A DNA stretch of 64,000 nt from Candidatus Hodarchaeota archaeon (GTDB taxonomy: Archaea > Asgardarchaeota > Heimdallarchaeia > Hodarchaeales > Hodarchaeaceae): contig JAEOTC010000077.1 in NCBI GenBank assembly GCA_016840035.1, positions 34,699 to 98,698 of the forward strand, given 5' to 3'. The position numbers and the translations under genes were made by a program. Every line of letters begins with the position of its first letter. Position 1 is the stretch's first letter. The notes below the pieces were generated by a model that saw only the letters and a list, made by a program, of their open reading frames with translations, did no database searches and was not told the origin of the DNA. Of the stretch, positions 9,397 to 19,537 are shown piece after piece.

Positions 9397-10977
9397 ATGT
9401 CAGTAGTGAAAACCCACCTCATACATCAAGAATATCGTGATTCTGTTCAATTAATGAGAGCAGCAGCAAGTGTTACTAAGGAAGTTGAGGGAATCCAAAT
9501 AGCATCTGTATTAATGGGAACTCCTAAGAATAAACCTTTGTTAGATGAGGTGGGTTTACTTACTCCAGAAGCAAGTTCCGCTGATGCCAATGATATTGTT
9601 ATTTCGATACGTGCCGACACCTTGGCGATTGCAGATGAGGCAATAGATTTCATTATTAACTTCTTGTCTCAAACTGTTCAAGCTTCCCATGATAGTACAC
9701 TCCTATATCGGTCTATCCGTGGAGCACTCGAAGGCCTACCCGATGCAAATTTAGCTGTAATATCTGTTCCTGGGGAGTATGCAGCAAGAGATTCGCATAT
9801 TGCACTAATGACTGGATTAAATGTTCTTCTTTTTTCTGACAATGTTTCTTTAAGTGACGAAATTCGTTTAAAGAAAGAAGCACATGAAAAAGGGTTACTA
9901 TTAATGGGCCCAGATTGTGGTACAGCAATGATAAAAAATATAGGTCTAGGATTCTGTAATATAGTGAATCCAGGTCCAATAGGAATCATTGCTGCCTCTG
10001 GTACTGGAACTCAAGAGGTAATGACATTATGTCATCATCTTAATCTTGGTGTCACTCATGCTATTGGTACAGGATCTCGCGATGTAAAGGATTCGGTGGG
10101 AGGAATTACCATGATCGATGGATTACATGCTTTGGAACGTGATTCGTCTATAGAACTTATTATCTTAGTTTCTAAGCCACCTGAAGCAAAAACTATGGAT
10201 AAAATCGTTAAAGAGATAAAAAATAGCTCAAAACCAGTAATTATTATCTTTCTCGGGAAGGAACATGGATATTGCGATATTGAGGATAAATCATTAACCG
10301 TTAATACGTTGGAAGAAGCTGCTTATGCAGCAGCTAACTTTTTTACATCCAAGAAGTTAGAGCGGTCAATAATTCGCTTCGAGGATGAGGCCAGCATCAA
10401 AGAGATCTTATATGACTCGAATCAACAGATCAAACCTAGTCAAAAATATATCCGTGGATTGTTTGCTGGAGGTACTTTTACTTTTGAATCAGCCCAAATT
10501 ATCAGAGACCTACTTTTGGAGAATGAAGTGCTGAATACCAACGTACATCTTGAAGGTACAGTTATTATTGAGGACGAAAATACAAGTAAAGGCCACACAC
10601 TTATAGATATGGGAGCTGATGAATTTACACAGGGTAAACCACATCCAATGATAGATCAAACTGAAAGAACACAAAGATTTTTACGTGAAATTAAAGATCC
10701 TGAAACTGCAGTCATTTTACTTGATTTTGTATTAGGATACGGATCTCATCCTGATCCAATTTCTGATATGGAGGATGCTTTCATGCAATGGAAGAAAATT
10801 GATCAAAAAATCCCAATTATTGCTCATGTGTGTGGAACACAATTAGATCCACAAGATTACAATAAATCAATTGAAAGATTAACCGATCATGGGGTTATAG
10901 TAATGCCTACTAATGCACAAGCGGCAAGACTTGCAGCTCTAATCGCTCTTAGAGAGGAGTTAAATTACATTCATTGA
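9397..10977 (+). CDS. fdrA: FdrA/YahF acyl-CoA synthetase-like protein (AllF-like), lacking the C-terminal module
   Basis: YRDSVQLM, AVISVPGEYAA, FSDNV, MGPDCGTA, ASGTGTQE, IGTGSRD, DMGADEFTQGKPHPMID, LDFVLGYGSHPDP. Confidence 0.9.
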   Translation: MSVVKTHLIHQEYRDSVQLMRAAASVTKEVEGIQIASVLMGTPKNKPLLDEVGLLTPEASSADANDIVISIRADTLAIADEAIDFIINFLSQTVQASHDSTLLYRSIRGALEGLPDANLAVISVPGEYAARDSHIALMTGLNVLLFSDNVSLSDEIRLKKEAHEKGLLLMGPDCGTAMIKNIGLGFCNIVNPGPIGIIAASGTGTQEVMTLCHHLNLGVTHAIGTGSRDVKDSVGGITMIDGLHALERDSSIELIILVSKPPEAKTMDKIVKEIKNSSKPVIIIFLGKEHGYCDIEDKSLTVNTLEEAAYAAANFFTSKKLERSIIRFEDEASIKEILYDSNQQIKPSQKYIRGLFAGGTFTFESAQIIRDLLLENEVLNTNVHLEGTVIIEDENTSKGHTLIDMGADEFTQGKPHPMIDQTERTQRFLREIKDPETAVILLDFVLGYGSHPDPISDMEDAFMQWKKIDQKIPIIAHVCGTQLDPQDYNKSIERLTDHGVIVMPTNAQAARLAALIALREELNYIH

Positions 10978-10989
10978 GGAAGGATCAAT

Positions 10990-11163
10990 ATGGATACACA
11001 GATTGACAAACTACTAAGTAACGGCCCTAAAGTAGTAAATATTGGATTACATTCATTTTTTGAAGCAGCAAAAGCTCAAGGGATTCCAACAGTCCATATC
11101 AAATGGGAGCCACCCGCTCAAGGAAATCAGGAGTTATTACATTTATTAAATGAACTACTCTAA
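10990..11163 (+). CDS. Small FdrA C-terminal-domain protein (57 aa), missed by the ORF track
   Basis: Manual translation MDTQIDKLLSNGPKVVNIGLHSFFEAAKAQGIPTVHIKWEPPAQGNQELLHLLNELL resembles the C-terminus of fused FdrA (VINIGL.SF...W.P.AGGN..L..LL). Preceded by GAGGAAGG; in frame with fdrA. Confidence 0.85.
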   Translation: MDTQIDKLLSNGPKVVNIGLHSFFEAAKAQGIPTVHIKWEPPAQGNQELLHLLNELL

Positions 11164-11177
11164 GCCAGAAAAAGATA

Positions 11178-12440
11178 GTGGTTAACATGACTATTAAAAA
11201 TATGATTGAAAAAGCTAATAAAAAAGCCTTACAACGAATGGCGGATGTACAACCCATTCTGGTTGACATTGATCTAGCTATAAACGTAGTCCCTGGAATG
11301 GAAAAAAGGACGATTTTTCATGCAGGACCCCCAATAGAATGGGAAAGGATGTCCGGTCCAACTAAAGGGGCTATTGCTGGGATTCTTGTTTATGAAGGCT
11401 TAGCTAACACTATTGAGGAGGGGTACACTTTGGCTGCTTCCGGAGAGATCAATTTCGATTCCAACCATGATCATGACACTGTTGGTCCTATGACTGGTAT
11501 AACTGCACCACATCAGCCAGTTTTTATTCTAGAAGATCCTAAAACTAAAAGTAATGCCTATTGTACTCTTAACGAAGGTAGAGGTAAAGTTCTTCGATTT
11601 GGAGGGTGGAGTGATGACGTTTTAGCCCGTTTAAACTGGATGAGAGATACTTTAGCTCCTACACTAAGAAAAGCTATCATCCATTCTAAAGGAATCAATG
11701 TTAAAGCTATTATCTCTGAATCTCTTCATCAAGGGGATGAAGCTCACAACAGGAATCGTTCTGGTACCTATTTATTCTTGGGTGAAATCACACCTCATCT
11801 TTTAGATACCGCCGACTCATCTCAAGTCAAGGAAGTTTTTCAGTTTATTAAAGAAAATGCTGATATTTTTAATTTGAATTTATCAATGCCTCATTCAAAA
11901 TTAATTGCTGACGCTGCGCGTGATATTGATTATTGTCCTTTAATGGTTGCAATGGCTCGAAATGGAACTGATATTGGAATTCAAGTCTCAGGATTGGGTC
12001 GTAAATGGTTCACTTCTCCTGCCACGATGGTTGAAGGGCTTTATTTTCCAGGATATACTGCAGATGATGCGTGCCCAGATCTCGGTGATTCTACTATTTC
12101 TGAAGTCATTGGAATTGGAGGATTTGCAATGGCTGCTTCCCCCGCAATAGTTTCTTTTGTTGGTGGGGCAGCAAGTGAGGCTGTATCCAGAACCGAGAGA
12201 ATGTACGAAATAACGGAAGGAAAAAATAAATCCTTCACTATACCGATTTTGGACTTCAAAGGAACACCTACTGGTGTAGATATACGTAGAGTGGTTGAAC
12301 TCAACGAAACACCTCTCATTAATACTGGAATAGCTCACAAAGAAGCTGGAATTGGTCAAATTGGTGCTGGTTTAACTGCAGCACCCATAGAAATGTTTAA
12401 TGATGCTTTACGTGCTTTTGGTGTCAAATATCTTAAATAA
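11178..12440 (+). CDS. ylbE: YlbE/DUF1116 family protein (AllG-like, oxamate transcarbamylase subunit family)
   Basis: HAGPPIEWERM, VGPMTG, NEGRGKVLRFG, GDEAHNRN, MARNG, PDLGDS, PLINTGIAHKEAGIGQIGAG; follows fdrA. Confidence 0.9.
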   Translation: MVNMTIKNMIEKANKKALQRMADVQPILVDIDLAINVVPGMEKRTIFHAGPPIEWERMSGPTKGAIAGILVYEGLANTIEEGYTLAASGEINFDSNHDHDTVGPMTGITAPHQPVFILEDPKTKSNAYCTLNEGRGKVLRFGGWSDDVLARLNWMRDTLAPTLRKAIIHSKGINVKAIISESLHQGDEAHNRNRSGTYLFLGEITPHLLDTADSSQVKEVFQFIKENADIFNLNLSMPHSKLIADAARDIDYCPLMVAMARNGTDIGIQVSGLGRKWFTSPATMVEGLYFPGYTADDACPDLGDSTISEVIGIGGFAMAASPAIVSFVGGAASEAVSRTERMYEITEGKNKSFTIPILDFKGTPTGVDIRRVVELNETPLINTGIAHKEAGIGQIGAGLTAAPIEMFNDALRAFGVKYLK

Positions 12441-12462
12441 ATATCAAATAATTTGGTGAAAA

Positions 12463-13005
12463 GTGCTGTCAACGAATAAATCGCATGATCTTAGTCACTC
12501 TCATGAAGCCCTTGCTCTTAGAAGTGAGCTCCTCGAATTATTAAACCTTTCTGGCAGTAGAATTGAATATTTAAGCGCTGCAGTTACTCCTCTTGTGTCA
12601 GTAGCAATGTCTGCATCAGTTCTGACTTTCCTATCCCTTCAATTCTTTTTCAACGGACAATTACTCTCTACCCGAATAATTGCAGGATTAAATATACTAA
12701 TACTTCTTTGTTTAGTTTTTATTTCCCTCATTACTCAAATTATGATCCATCGTGCACGTCTACGGTTAGCACGAATAAATCACGATCTAAAAATCGAGAA
12801 AATCCTCGATAAGGATCATATTTCTAAAGAAGAACATCAAATATTAATTCGATTAAGTCATCTGGCAAGAAAAAGTCGTGGTACAATCGATCAAGTTCAA
12901 TGGCTTTACACCCATGGATTATTCCTAATTCTTTATGTACTGATTTCAATTACAGTGACGGGACTATTTCTGATTACATTGAGCGAAATTCCGCAATGGA
13001 TCTAA
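12463..13005 (+). CDS. Hypothetical membrane protein (3 TM)
   Basis: Three hydrophobic segments; no recognised motif. Confidence 0.55.
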   Translation: MLSTNKSHDLSHSHEALALRSELLELLNLSGSRIEYLSAAVTPLVSVAMSASVLTFLSLQFFFNGQLLSTRIIAGLNILILLCLVFISLITQIMIHRARLRLARINHDLKIEKILDKDHISKEEHQILIRLSHLARKSRGTIDQVQWLYTHGLFLILYVLISITVTGLFLITLSEIPQWI

Positions 13006-13006
13006 T

Positions 13007-14863
13007 TCAGGGATTTTCAGCCATCTCTGCTCCAATGGGAGGTGTGGTTCCATTGGGAGTCCAATCTACCTCTTGATGTTTGAAATATGTGTTGTAAAGG
13101 GTAGCGTACTCACCGTCTAATGCTAATAAATCATCATGAGTTCCTTCCTCTATAATTTGCCCATGATCGATTACAATAATCCGATCAGCATTCTTGACAG
13201 TGGATAATCTGTGAGCAATAATAATAGACGTTCTACCTTTCATCAGCTCCTCAAGTGATTCTTGTATCATTGACTCAGTATAAGCATCAACAGAGGAAGT
13301 AGCCTCATCTAGAATCAAGATTTTTGGATCTGCTAATAGTGCGCGTGCAAAACTGATCAGCTGTCTTTGCCCAGTACTTAGAAGTGATCCACCTTCACCC
13401 ACGGAGGTATTTAAACCGTCTTTCAAGTATTCCAAAATTTCTTCGACACGAGAAATTTGTAGTGCTTGTTTTAAGTCGTCTTCAGAAGCATTTTTACGGC
13501 CATAAGTTATATTTTCTAATATCGTCCCGTTAAATAGAAATGGAGTTTGTAATACAACACCTAAATGGTTTCGATATCCTTTAAGCTTGTAATCTCGAAC
13601 GTGTGTCCCATCGACGAGTATTTTTCCATTTTGAAACTCATAAAACCTTGTTAATAAGGCTATTATCGAAGTTTTTCCAGCCCCGGTATGTCCAACAATT
13701 GCTAATTTCTCTCCGGGGTTAATTTTTAAGGTGAAATTAGTTAGAACTGGAGATTCAGGAACATAGGCGAAATCCACATTTTGAAATTCGATCTTTCCTG
13801 TAATAGACTCCTTCTCTATATTCCCTAAGTCTTGAACTGAGGGTTCTGTGTCGATTACTTGAAGGATTCGCTCAAATGCGGCAAAACCTGCCTGAATTTG
13901 TGCGTAAAAACTGATTAACTGAGTTATTGGGAAGAAAAAGTTATTCAGATAAGAAACAAAGATGAATAAATACGCTGCAGTAATTATACTGGATCCAGAT
14001 AATGCGAGTTCACCCCCAACTAAGAGAATGAGGACTGTGGCAGTGGCTGACAATAGTTCAACAAATGGAAAAAAGAGCATCATAGATATGCTTCTTTTAA
14101 ATCCAGCCTGAAAGTGCTTCTGATTTATTCCTTTAAACTCGTCTAATGATTCAGATTCAACACCAAAAGATTTAGACACTTGAATTCCATTTACACTCTC
14201 CGCAATGGCGGCATTTACCGATGCATGTGCCTTTCTAAAACCCATGCTTGTTGAACGAGCTACTTTTCGGAATAAATAGCTGATTACTATTAATACAGGA
14301 ATTACTGATGCAGTAATTAAAGCTAATTGTAAATTGATTAAGGCCAAGACAAAAAATACTGCTATAATAATCAAGAATTGCCCTACAACTGTTAAAACGA
14401 TAGAAACGGCTCCTCCATAATCAGCAGCGTCACTGGAAACACGAGAATTCAATCTTCCGCTACGATGTTTATCAAAGAATTTCATATCTTGTTTTTGTAA
14501 GGCATCAAAGATGTCTCCACGTAAGGTCACCATGAAAAAAGGAACGACTTTAGCTACTTGAACATTTATTGTAAAATCCCCGAGCCAACTAAAAACAGAT
14601 AACACTAAATAACATGTTCCTGCAAACAAGACGACTACAATGCTCACTTCTGTTAAATCCGATGAATCCAATGTTTGGATTAGAAATCCAAAAATGAGCG
14701 GGGTTAAAAGACTAATAACTGTTAACAGAATAGTAGTAACTGACGAAATAATGATGGGCTTTCGATAAGGTGCTAATCTTTTGAGAGAGCGTTGAATAAG
14801 TTCACGATCACTGTACCTTCTTTCATCTTCAGATCTCTCAATTCCTTCAAATATCCAACCCAT
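13007..14863 (-). CDS. ABC exporter, fused TMD-NBD, heterodimer subunit (consensus Walker B)
   Basis: GHTGAGKT, LSTGQRQ, ILILDEATSSVD, IAHRLST; N-terminal TM helices. Confidence 0.93.
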   Translation of the reverse strand: MGWIFEGIERSEDERRYSDRELIQRSLKRLAPYRKPIIISSVTTILLTVISLLTPLIFGFLIQTLDSSDLTEVSIVVVLFAGTCYLVLSVFSWLGDFTINVQVAKVVPFFMVTLRGDIFDALQKQDMKFFDKHRSGRLNSRVSSDAADYGGAVSIVLTVVGQFLIIIAVFFVLALINLQLALITASVIPVLIVISYLFRKVARSTSMGFRKAHASVNAAIAESVNGIQVSKSFGVESESLDEFKGINQKHFQAGFKRSISMMLFFPFVELLSATATVLILLVGGELALSGSSIITAAYLFIFVSYLNNFFFPITQLISFYAQIQAGFAAFERILQVIDTEPSVQDLGNIEKESITGKIEFQNVDFAYVPESPVLTNFTLKINPGEKLAIVGHTGAGKTSIIALLTRFYEFQNGKILVDGTHVRDYKLKGYRNHLGVVLQTPFLFNGTILENITYGRKNASEDDLKQALQISRVEEILEYLKDGLNTSVGEGGSLLSTGQRQLISFARALLADPKILILDEATSSVDAYTESMIQESLEELMKGRTSIIIAHRLSTVKNADRIIVIDHGQIIEEGTHDDLLALDGEYATLYNTYFKHQEVDWTPNGTTPPIGAEMAENP

Positions 14864-16725
14864 TATGAACTACCTCCAATTTCATCTGTGTACTCGCTTT
14901 CTAATGGGGGTAACACCGCGTACTTACCAAAGATCCGTCTATAATCAGGTGAAGCACGAATAAGCTTTGAATGATGTCCTTTAGCAACAATTTTATTTCC
15001 CTTTATCACGATAACACAATCCGCTCTTCTTATCTGTGATAGTCGGTGTGTAATGATAAAAGTGGTACGCCCTTGACTCACAGCGTTAATTGCTTTTACT
15101 ATTTCTTCTTCTGTTTTTGAATCCACGGAGGAAGTTGAATCATCAAGGATTAATATTCTTGGATCGGTCAGAAATGTTCGTGCAAGAGCTACTCTTTGTC
15201 GTTGACCTCCAGAGAGTTGACTTCCCCCTTCTCCGACATAGGTATCATATCCCTTAGGAAATTCGGAAATAAAATCATGAGCTTGAGCCAATTTTGCAGC
15301 TTCAATAATACTCGGATCATCAGCTTCTCTGGCACCGAATGCGATATTCTCTCGAATTGATCTAGGAAAAAGATAGACATCCTGCTCAATCAATCCTATT
15401 TGTTTCCTTAAAATTTCTAAGGGGATTTTTTGGATATTCACATCATCTAAGAATATATCACCAGAATAATCGTACAATCTCAATAATAATTTTGTCAAAG
15501 ATGATTTTCCAGATCCAGTGGGGCCCACAATTGCTATCATTTGTCCTGGAGCGACACTAAATGAAATATCATCAAGAATTGGTCCTTTTGAGGTAGGATA
15601 CTGGAACGAAACATTCTGAAACTTAATTTTTCCCTGAATAGTTTCCATTAAGGACATTCCATTTTCTAGAGTATCCTCACCAACCTCTTTCATTTCCATA
15701 TTGTAAATACGCCTTGCTCCAGCTAATCCACCATTATAAAGCATAACCGCAAACGAGATGATATATGTAGGACCAATAAGGGTAAATAAAATACCAGTAA
15801 ATCCTACTAAGGTGCCTATGGTAATTTCACCAGCTAGAATAAGTAAAGATCCGATGAGAACAGAGGTTCCTGTTGTAGCGAATAAAATTAGAGTTGGGAA
15901 ATATCGTGCTTGAAGAATTTGTCGTTTATACCATGTATCTCTGAAGTCCAAGACAAAATCCATGAACTTTCTCCGTTCATACGACTCCTCTGCAAAAGCT
16001 CGAACCACTTCTGCACCTGTTATGTTATCCTGAACCGCAGTCGCTATTGCACTCCATTTTCGCATAAATGTGTGGCTAATAGGAGCCATTTTCTTGTTAT
16101 AGCTAAACACAGCCCACAAATAGACTAGAAAAAATGGTATTGATAATAATAACAGCTGGGGGGCTTTTAGAATTGTTAAGACAAGTACTGCAGCTATCGT
16201 GACTGAGATGAATACATCAGCCATCATAGAAAAACCTGGGGAAATTAATCCACCAACTTGAGAAAGATCATTAGTAGCTAACGCCATTAATTCCCCTGTT
16301 CTTACTGAATCATGAAATTTTAGTGGTTTATTTTGCATAGAGTCAAAAAATTCCTCACGAATTCGTTTTTGTGAGGTCCATGATAACCATTCATTAGCAA
16401 TCGAGGTGATAATCCCAATTAAGAAGCGGAGGATTCCCATTATCAGAATCAGAAATACGAAATCACGCAAGAGATCGAGTTGTTGACTATTTGTACGTAA
16501 GTCTGGTAGATCGATAATCGCCCTATCTAGTGCCTGTCCCAAAAATATTGGTATTAGCATGCGTATTAAAATAGATATTGATGTACCAACAAATATGACT
16601 ATTAAATTCAATGGATTTGCCAATAAATGACCAAAAAACCAGCGAGAAAACGATTTAGAAGAAACCTGATCCTTCGTAGTAATTGTCGCCATAATAAAAG
16701 AGCGGGATATCGAACTTATATACAA
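14863..16725 (-). CDS. ABC exporter, fused TMD-NBD, heterodimer subunit (degenerate Walker B)
   Basis: GPTGSGKS, LSGGQRQ, ILILDDSTSSVD. Its stop overlaps the partner's start (TM287/288- or TmrAB-like asymmetry). Confidence 0.93.
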   Translation of the reverse strand: MYISSISRSFIMATITTKDQVSSKSFSRWFFGHLLANPLNLIVIFVGTSISILIRMLIPIFLGQALDRAIIDLPDLRTNSQQLDLLRDFVFLILIMGILRFLIGIITSIANEWLSWTSQKRIREEFFDSMQNKPLKFHDSVRTGELMALATNDLSQVGGLISPGFSMMADVFISVTIAAVLVLTILKAPQLLLLSIPFFLVYLWAVFSYNKKMAPISHTFMRKWSAIATAVQDNITGAEVVRAFAEESYERRKFMDFVLDFRDTWYKRQILQARYFPTLILFATTGTSVLIGSLLILAGEITIGTLVGFTGILFTLIGPTYIISFAVMLYNGGLAGARRIYNMEMKEVGEDTLENGMSLMETIQGKIKFQNVSFQYPTSKGPILDDISFSVAPGQMIAIVGPTGSGKSSLTKLLLRLYDYSGDIFLDDVNIQKIPLEILRKQIGLIEQDVYLFPRSIRENIAFGAREADDPSIIEAAKLAQAHDFISEFPKGYDTYVGEGGSQLSGGQRQRVALARTFLTDPRILILDDSTSSVDSKTEEEIVKAINAVSQGRTTFIITHRLSQIRRADCVIVIKGNKIVAKGHHSKLIRASPDYRRIFGKYAVLPPLESEYTDEIGGSS

Positions 16726-16764
16726 TTTACTCTTGGCAAGTATATATTCCTAGCTTGGGAAATT

Positions 16765-19143
16765 TTAATTCTTTTTTAGTAAGAGTCGACTTTGAGCACG
16801 TGATTTTATCTCATCTCGATCCCACAACATTGGATGATAGTCCCCTTTGTACCACATGGGTATCAGATCATCATAATGTGGACTAGCTAAATGCCCAGAT
16901 TGTCCTGGTGCAAATATCATTAGCGATTTTGAAAGATCATTTAAGTCAATTATCTGTCTATGGGATGGAGCCCATGCATTAACGTTATATGGATCATCTG
17001 CATGGATAGCTGTTTGACATAGAGTGTCTGTATCCCCACCAATAGGAATATTGCCACGGTTAAATACCTGATCCAATGGTCTTTTTAACCCCATTGCATG
17101 AGGGAAATTGACTTTATGTAGTTTTCCCCATTGCCAATCCGTTGGTTTTTTCCCGCAGGAACGAGTTAACCACTCAAAAGTTTTTTTCAAATTACGTAAG
17201 ATTATCTCTTCTGTACCCCCCGCCTCTTGAATCCACCAAGAATTTGGAGATTTCAGTAGTCGCATGATGATATAGGTATCGTGTCCGTAAAACTCATTAG
17301 CATGATACAAGACTGGATTGAACCCCTTTCCCATGATTTCAAACACTAAATTCTCACTTAAACTACAACTCAAAATATCCCTAACGATCATGTACCGAAG
17401 GACCTCATAAATTGTACCTCCGATTGATTCAGGAGATAACACGCCGTTCCATGAGAGTAACAGTTGCAGTGCTTCTGCCACTTCCGAATTCGAAGGAGTT
17501 GGCAAACCCAAATTTCTGATTAGTTCGATAAATTCTTTTCCAGGTAAACATGTCACATCCATCTGCATTGCTTTAAAATCTTCGACAGATAACTTTTCTC
17601 CTCTCTCCTTAAGCATCTGTTCAAACCGGGCTGCCCTAGCTCCATTCATCCAAACATCTCCCAAATAATAGGGAAAATCATCAGGTACAATTTTATGGTT
17701 ACAATTGATAATATAGCCCTGCTTTGGGTTTAGTGCGTGAGGCATTGATTTGAAAGGAATCTCTCCTTGCCATTCATAAGAATCATCCCATCCTGGAACA
17801 GGAACAGTGCCTTTATGTTTAGGTACTCTAAGAGGAACCTTTCCCGTAACCCAATAACCGATATTGTTCTCTGTATCGGCATATGACATGTTTAGCTGTG
17901 TTGCATCAATGGATCTCATTGCTTCAACAAATTCATTCCAATTTGACGCTTTGTTCAATGAAATATAGCCCTGTAATGCCTGACTGGGTCTTAATGCCAT
18001 AGAATTAATCGCAAGTCTAACGTTTGATCCTTCAATCACATCACTAATTATTGGTCCATGTCGAGTTATAAGTACTTTTTCGATGAGAGGGCCTTCTTGT
18101 CCTTTAATAATTATCTCTTCTTCAATAATCTCCGCATCAATAAACTCTCCATTAACTTCGTATTGATTAGGATTCTGTTCGTTCATTCTTTCAATGTATA
18201 AGTCCTCAGCATCTGTAAAAGCTAATGTACTCCCCCAAGCTATGCTTTGATTGTGGCCCACGAGAATCATAGGTACTCCACACAACGAAACTCCAGATAC
18301 ATTGAATTCAGCTCCCATTAAATGTGTTTCGTACCAAATACTTGGTAGCATCAATGATAAATGCATATCATTACACAAGTAAGTATGTCCAGTTGTACTT
18401 TTCTCTTTAGAAACAACCCACGTATTGCTTCCTTGCCCTTGTGACAAAAAAGGGCCGTTAGATCCTGAAAGAATACCATCTTTACTTAAGACATTGAACT
18501 CGATTCCATTAGGCAAAGTTATTGGATGAGTAATAGGAAATTTTATTTCTAATTCAGCAGCGTGATCGGCCCCGACCTCTTCAACTATTTTTGACCTAAC
18601 TATTTCCCCATACCAGGCATGTGAAAGCTGCCAAAGCATAACTCGAGCAAATGCACAACTATCCTCGGGACTCCACATTTTTGGTTTATGTCTGATCAGA
18701 GTAAATTCTACTGGCAACTTCGATTTTTTATGCTGTAAAAAAGCATTTACTCCATCTGTATATGCTTGTATACAATCTTTTACCTCTTCTGTAGCATTAT
18801 TCCAATCTATCTTTCCTAATCGAGCGAATCCGAATGTTCGGGATGTACGGTCTGTTTCGATTGCAAGATCACCAATTAATTCACTCAAAGTACCATTTGC
18901 TGTTCTTCGATTGAGTTCCATCTGCCATAAGCGGTCTTGTGCTTGTACAAATCCTTGGGCAAAGAATAAATCATATTTATGGTCAGCAAAAATATGCGGA
19001 ATTCCCCATTTATCCCGAATAATCTCAACTGAACTTCCTCTTAATCCCTCTACCTCTATCTCACCGTCAACTATTGGTAATCGACGTTTACTCATCTGAG
19101 TGAGGACAAACCGCATTATTTTACCTAAAACCATCCTTACCAT
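16765..19143 (-). CDS. Penicillin acylase family (Ntn hydrolase) protein
   Basis: IIRDKWGIPHIFA, QAQDRLWQME, catalytic GSNTWVV, NDMHL, HGPII, PGQSG. Confidence 0.92.
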   Translation of the reverse strand: MVRMVLGKIMRFVLTQMSKRRLPIVDGEIEVEGLRGSSVEIIRDKWGIPHIFADHKYDLFFAQGFVQAQDRLWQMELNRRTANGTLSELIGDLAIETDRTSRTFGFARLGKIDWNNATEEVKDCIQAYTDGVNAFLQHKKSKLPVEFTLIRHKPKMWSPEDSCAFARVMLWQLSHAWYGEIVRSKIVEEVGADHAAELEIKFPITHPITLPNGIEFNVLSKDGILSGSNGPFLSQGQGSNTWVVSKEKSTTGHTYLCNDMHLSLMLPSIWYETHLMGAEFNVSGVSLCGVPMILVGHNQSIAWGSTLAFTDAEDLYIERMNEQNPNQYEVNGEFIDAEIIEEEIIIKGQEGPLIEKVLITRHGPIISDVIEGSNVRLAINSMALRPSQALQGYISLNKASNWNEFVEAMRSIDATQLNMSYADTENNIGYWVTGKVPLRVPKHKGTVPVPGWDDSYEWQGEIPFKSMPHALNPKQGYIINCNHKIVPDDFPYYLGDVWMNGARAARFEQMLKERGEKLSVEDFKAMQMDVTCLPGKEFIELIRNLGLPTPSNSEVAEALQLLLSWNGVLSPESIGGTIYEVLRYMIVRDILSCSLSENLVFEIMGKGFNPVLYHANEFYGHDTYIIMRLLKSPNSWWIQEAGGTEEIILRNLKKTFEWLTRSCGKKPTDWQWGKLHKVNFPHAMGLKRPLDQVFNRGNIPIGGDTDTLCQTAIHADDPYNVNAWAPSHRQIIDLNDLSKSLMIFAPGQSGHLASPHYDDLIPMWYKGDYHPMLWDRDEIKSRAQSRLLLKKN

Positions 19144-19537
19144 CCTTCTTGATTTGGCCGCTTTTTTAAATTAATGCATTACACGAACATCATAGAATTC
19201 TTAAAGTTTTAGGAGAATTTAGTGACTATAGTTCTGATACGATATCTCTCTTTACATAAGAACCCACATGTCAAAAGATTGTATTCAGAATATGACAAGA
19301 TTGAATTACTGGGTATTTTTTTATTTGATAACCGTCTGAAAGACTTTTTTATTTGTGAACTGGTCTTTTAATAATGACATCAAAATGCTGTAAATCAGCA
19401 ATAACCTACCTGTACGGTTTCTAGGATTTGGGAAGAGTATAAGGAAGAGTATAGTGAATATTAAATCTATTTCTAATTCCTAAACCATTTGCCAAATTCT
19501 ATGAATATAAATAAGCATAGCATGAAGAGTACTACTA

